A DNA stretch of 64,000 nt from Paraspadella gotoi. Its lineage: Eukaryota > Animalia > Chaetognatha. How positions within the stretch are numbered: position 1 is the first letter of the stretch; the number at the start of each line of letters is the position of its first letter. The position numbers and the translations under genes were made by a program. Shown here in pieces: positions 51,174 through 64,000 of the stretch. Under the pieces are notes generated by a model. The model was not told the origin of the DNA. It did not search any database and saw only the letters and a program-made list of their open reading frames with translations. The stretch lies in contig JBJCIZ010000263.1 of the NCBI GenBank assembly GCA_051294375.1, forward strand, positions 2,570 to 66,569, read 5' to 3'.

Positions 51174-53251
51174 ATGGCGAACAAACAAACATCGCAAACG
51201 AAGTTCCTCCAGCTGAACTCTCCGGAAGCGGCACCACCGTTGTGACGTTTCATCCAATGGCCATTGGGAGAGCCTCTGCCTGGATTGCCTTTGGACGTCG
51301 ACGATTCCTACCGTCAGTATACGCCATCCTGGAGGAACTCAATTCAGAGACCATTATCAGAGAACTCCGAGCATGGGCCGAGGCTGGTGATATCACCGCC
51401 CTGAATCCCCCGCCCAGGAGCCTGAACATGATTTGGGAGTTGAGAACGGNNNNNNNNNNTTCCGTCAACATTTCCGACCGTGTAGATTGGGCACCCAGAA
51501 GCCCCGTTAATTCAGGTCCAGATTCGATTGTTAGGGACCTACAAGGCGGGATGTATACCAACATGGATGAAGCCCGCCATGCGCTCTTCGCCGCCCTAGC
51601 TCGGCGCGATGCAACGACAAGACGTTCTCGCAGTGTCGGACGCCCAGCCCCGTCCTCTTCTCCCGTAGCCCCTGCTGCCCNNNNNNNNNNTACGCCTTCC
51701 CCTCCTCCGCGTCCGTCGGCCCAGCCGGCGAGAAACGTGGTAGTGAGGAAGGAGACGGAAGTGCAGAACGTGGTAAGTGGCCAGGTGGCTCCAGAGCAAA
51801 ACNNNNNNNNNNNNNNNNNNNNNNNNNCCTGGACAACACCTTAGCCGCAAAGAAAAAGGCATGATGGCATGAAGATGCACATCGAAAAGAGACTGGCGAA
51901 ACGCGCGGAATCGAATGTCAACAAGCCATCCGTAGTCTTCGTTCCATCTACAACCGTAGCTGATCAACCACCGACCGTTCCTAAAGCGCTGATCACCCTG
52001 ATCCATCACCCGCTCAACAACGCCGATGGAACAGGACAATCCTTGAGTTGCGAAACCTCCATACTTCTCCGTCCCATGTCCAGATTTCAACGCGATCAGA
52101 CGTCCTAGTGTACCAGCCGATCTCCACCAAGAGCTGGTCAGATCAAGTAGAGGAAGCAATGAAAACGACGGAACAACAAACACGAGAAATAGAAAGAGAA
52201 AGACGCAGGTCCCGTCGTGCGGCCAAGATTAACCGCGACCTATCCGCCGGCGTGCTGGGCCGCGTGCCCATGCACACGCCGAATGCAACCTCAACGCCAG
52301 TACACGACGTGACCACACCCACAGAGCCAGAGAACGGAGGTTAAAAAACCACGACTAGATTAATTGTAGTATGAGAACGATTTCAACCTGACAATTGATG
52401 AACAGGACATCAACGCTACGTTTCGCAGGCCCCGCCCGGTTGGCTGGAGAAGACCGTCAACGACAAGAGGAAAAGAGATTTCGTCTCGGAATCAGATTCG
52501 GGAGCCGAGAACGGAAACGGCGCGAGGAGCAAGGCCGCGCCTTCTGCACCCCAGCAACCGTCTCTCCCAGCCAACGTCGACAAGCCGATTCAATGGGGAC
52601 TCTCACCAGCAGAGGCTGAAAAAGCTCACCAACGCCACCTCGACGAACAAGAGGCCCGTAAGAAATCCGGGGCAAATGACAAGGAATGAGAAAGAACGAT
52701 TCATCGAGTACAAGAAATGGGATAAACAATTTAAATACCCGGCAACTCCAAAGAAGAAAAGGCCAACTGTACCCCGCTCCGAGAAGAACTACCCAACGAT
52801 AGATTCGGACGGATTCCGCTGTAGAGACGTGCGGGAAGAGTTCCGCAATACTGCAATTGTTTTCCACGAACATTCCACTCCTGAAGCCGACAAGGAAAAG
52901 ACCGCGGCTTCCACCCAGAAGAAGAAACCGTAACTCCTACACCCTCCCCCCCGGAGACAACACGCTTGATGCTACGGAAACCCCCGACGTGTTGTTCCCC
53001 TCTTCCGTGACCCCACCTGACACGTCATTTACGACTTCTGCTTCTACAACGAACTTGACAGAGACAACGCTGACGACCCCTCCATCTTCCGCAGACGATT
53101 CCTTCGTCTCCGTATGCGAGACTTGTCCGCACCTACCGCCGCTCGAAAGGATTTCCTCGCTCCCCCTTATCCATATTACCCCCAGCGAGAACGGGCCCTT
53201 CTAGGCGAAGATGACGGCGAGGAGATGGAGGAAGACGACGACGATCTTTAA
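51174..53251 (+). CDS. Extra ORF (ORF3), putatively two exons, ~680 aa, unknown function
   Basis: Reconstructed from copies at 18559-19881, 12467-13275, 63591-64000 and this one. It is a GC-richer coding-like block between AT-rich spacers and ends DDGEEMEEDDDDL*. Confidence 0.72.
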
Positions 53252-54130
53252 AAAGCTCGCATTGTTGCCCGGACACGCTGATAAGACAGTTGGACGGGCA
53301 CAACGTGATATCAGACCAAAACCGGAACTGTTTACGGAACCGAATTACGGAACAACGGAATAAAGTCTGCTTTACGTGCTATGACTGTTCGCCTCAACGT
53401 AACTCGTTGGTTTGACAAGACAATCGCGAGGTTGACCTGTTTGAAAAGACAACAGTTCAATTTTCTAGAGAGCTCAGCCTCACACGTAAAACAGGTACAA
53501 ACGTTTTTTATTATAAGTAAAGTTAAAATATCGGTGACTTTTTATTCAAACGTGTTAAACCTTTGCGTCGTAATTGTTTTTTAGTTGATACGTCTGTTTA
53601 TTTTGTTAGATTTACTTCAGTCTAATTTAGTTTTTTAATTCGTTTCATGATCACACGAAATTTAGTTTCTTAAATTCGTATCACTGTCCTTTCAGTAACG
53701 TTTAAAAACCGACGCACAGAATTTCGTAGGTTTCTATTCATACAAGTTATTTCGTTCGTTTTATTGACAATCATGATCAAGAAATAGTGAACAGTGTAAA
53801 ATGTACAAATGATTACAGTAAAAAGAATAACAATGATTATAGTTTCATTTTATATCTTATCATTACGTTTGCAGACGGGCCATTAAAAAAAAAAAAAAAA
53901 AATTAATATAAAATTAAATAGACATTTTTTCCATTCATCTTTCCATTTCATTATTTCCGTTTCAAATCTTTCCCCATCCCCTCTTTTTTTTTTTTTTCTC
54001 ATTTTATTCATTCTACTACTTTCTATTCCCTTTTCTTATTTCCTCATTCATTTTTCCCTTTTTCTACTTCTCCTTTCATCTTCTCTCGATTCACCTTCCC
54101 CGGCATAAGGGCGATTTTTCCGGTTCCCTT

Positions 54131-54148
54131 AGGAAGCCGGAGGTGGGG
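54131..54148 (+). promoter_or_regulatory. Polypurine tract (plus-strand primer)
   Basis: AGGAAGCCGGAGGTGGGG immediately precedes the TG of the 3' LTR. It is also present in copy 1. Confidence 0.75.
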
Positions 54149-54755
54149 TGATGAGAGATGGCGCTGTTTTATTCATTTTTCTCATTATTTTGCTCATTAT
54201 TTCCATTTCATTGTCACGTGACTTTTCTATACATTTCGTCTGCTTTTCCTATACTCTTTTTGTATGCATTTCTTTCCTTTTTCAGTCAGTTAGAGAGTTA
54301 CCTTGACCCGTCTCCAAACGGCTCTTTACGGGCTATGAAGTCCTTCCGTCATTCATGTCAGCCCTTACGTCACCAACTTTCCTAGATCAAGGGCCACGAG
54401 ACAGCCCACTGAGACACTGCCAGCCCAGAGACTCGCGGGCAAAGGAGGCACGGAGAGGCCACATGTCACTAGCCTCAGACTCTACTATGGACTCGTGACT
54501 CTTAGCAGAGACGGCGTCGCAAGGCTCGACACCCTCGCCTTCAACGGACTTGGGTTCCTTCGCAAGCTCCTTCGACTTTCCACACCGTACAACGGGGTCG
54601 CAGAGGCTGCGACGGCTCCGAAGGGGCGTCGGACAAGACCGCGCCACTTCCGGTTGAGACGCGAGGTGAAGACCAAGGTTTCACTCAGTAGTAGCCTGAC
54701 GGTCGACACGCGAGGAGGCGTCACCGAGACCAGGTTTGGTTCTGGTTTCTCGACA
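54149..54755 (+). repeat. 3' LTR of copy 3
   Basis: TGATGAGAGATGG...GGTTTCTCGACA, near-identical to the 5' LTR. Confidence 0.93.
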
Positions 54756-55299
54756 TATTCATATATCATATATATGATTCATCATCTACCTCTTCCGTTA
54801 CATTACGATTTCTAACTTTTTTTAAAGTTGTTACTCACAAGCGGCATTTCAAGTTGTACCATTTCCTATCGAGTATCGCTCTCCTTTTTTTCCTTCGTCC
54901 CGTTTTTTCCCATTTTCTCCTTCCATCTTTCCCTTTTTTTTCCCCCGTTTTTTTCTTCCCTTCCTTTATTTCTCCCTTATCTTTCATGTTCTCAAGTTCC
55001 CTGTTTCCCTATTTTACTTTCTTTTCCTTAAACATCTTTCTCATTTTGGCGAACCTTTTCCTCTCTCCCATTCCCTTTCTTTCTCTCCTTAATTCTCACC
55101 ATTCCTCTACTTCTGCTTCACCATTTTCCTTTCTTTTTCTTTTCTTATAAATTCCCTTTCTTTTACGTCTCTTCTCTCGTTTCATCATCCACTTCTTTCC
55201 CTTCCTTCCATTTCCCCTCCAGATTTTTTTCGACTCGAAAATGACCATGATGCTTCCCGGGGCCTCGTATGTCTTTCTCTTTTCGCGCTAATTGGAGGC

Positions 55300-63290
<7,991 letters not shown>

Positions 63291-63312
63291 CATGAGCCTT
63301 TTTTTTCCACTA

Positions 63313-64000
63313 AGACTTTTTATTCAAACGTGTTAAACCTTTGCGTCGTAATTGTTTTTTAGTTGATACGTCTGTTTATTTTGTTAGATTTACTTCAGTC
63401 TAATTTAGTTTTTTAATTCGTTTCATGATCACACGAAATTTAGTTTCTTAAATTCGTATCACTGTCCTTTCAGTAACGTTTAAAAACCGACGCACAGAAT
63501 TTCGTAGGTTTCTATTCATACAAGTTCATTTCGTTCGTTTTATTGACAATCATGATCAAGAAATAGTGAACAGTGTAAAANNNNNNNNNNGAGGAAGCAA
63601 TGAAAACGACGGAACAACAAACACGAGAAATAGAAAGAGAAAGACGCAGGTCCCGTCGTGCGGCCAAGATTAACCGCGACCTATCCGCCGGCGTGCTGGG
63701 CCGCGTGCCCATGCACACGCCGAATGCAACCTCAACGCCAGTACACGACGTGACCACACCCACAGAGCCAGGAGAACGGAGGTTCCTTGAAGAAATGATA
63801 AAAATATAATTCCACTTTAATAAATCAGACTAGATTAATTAACACGTTATCCCCTTCCCCTTCCCTTTTCCCATTCGTATCTATTTTAGGAGAAACGATT
63901 TCAACCTGACAATTGATGAACAGGACATCAACGCTACGTTTCGCGAGGCCCCGCCCGGTTGGCTGGAGAAGACCGTCAACGACAAGAGGAAAAGAGATTT
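63313..64000 (+). mobile_element. BEL/Pao fragments: 3' UTR piece (63313-63580), then ORF3 exon 1 end, intron and exon 2 start (63591-64000)
   Basis: 63313-63580 matches ~53536-53800. 63591-64000 matches 19513-19880 and 52150-52480. The order is reversed across a 10-N gap. Confidence 0.88.

Larger units (their letters stand above)
42754..54755 (+). mobile_element. Full-length BEL/Pao LTR retrotransposon (~12 kb) with an additional 3' ORF (copy 3)
   Basis: Near-identical ~607-bp TG...CA LTRs, Gag-PR-RT-RH-IN order with Pao motifs, a polypurine tract before the 3' LTR, and an extra ORF at 51174-53251. Confidence 0.95.

Noticed and set aside
51174-53251. Calling ORF3 an env gene
   Set aside because: No signal peptide, hydrophobic anchor or conserved Cys pattern is visible.

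Overview
This is a repeat-dense eukaryotic window, probably from an animal, with no securely identifiable host gene. The assembly looks rough: abundant 1-bp indels, N gaps and fold-back junctions. It is dominated by one young BEL/Pao LTR-retrotransposon family. There is a complete ~12 kb LTR-to-LTR copy (42754-54755), a rearranged copy (10966-19881), a 5' partial copy (20678-26418), several fragments, and a diverged sister-lineage copy on the minus strand (~29690-35030). The most striking point is a large extra ORF between pol and the 3' LTR. It follows a splice-acceptor-like site and contains a frame-preserving GT-AG intron candidate. It would encode a ~680-aa protein that looks nuclear and disordered (NLS-like motifs, acidic tail, no transmembrane segment) rather than Env-like. 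The first 8 kb holds a 5'-truncated Penelope-like element (RT + GIY-YIG, minus strand) whose inverted terminal repeat carries a minimal type I hammerhead ribozyme (6986-7040). It also holds an unidentified ~475-bp unit arranged as tandem pairs in inverted orientation. The rest is GA/CT microsatellite, minisatellites and low-complexity DNA. All alignments and translations were done by eye, so non-motif boundaries are approximate.
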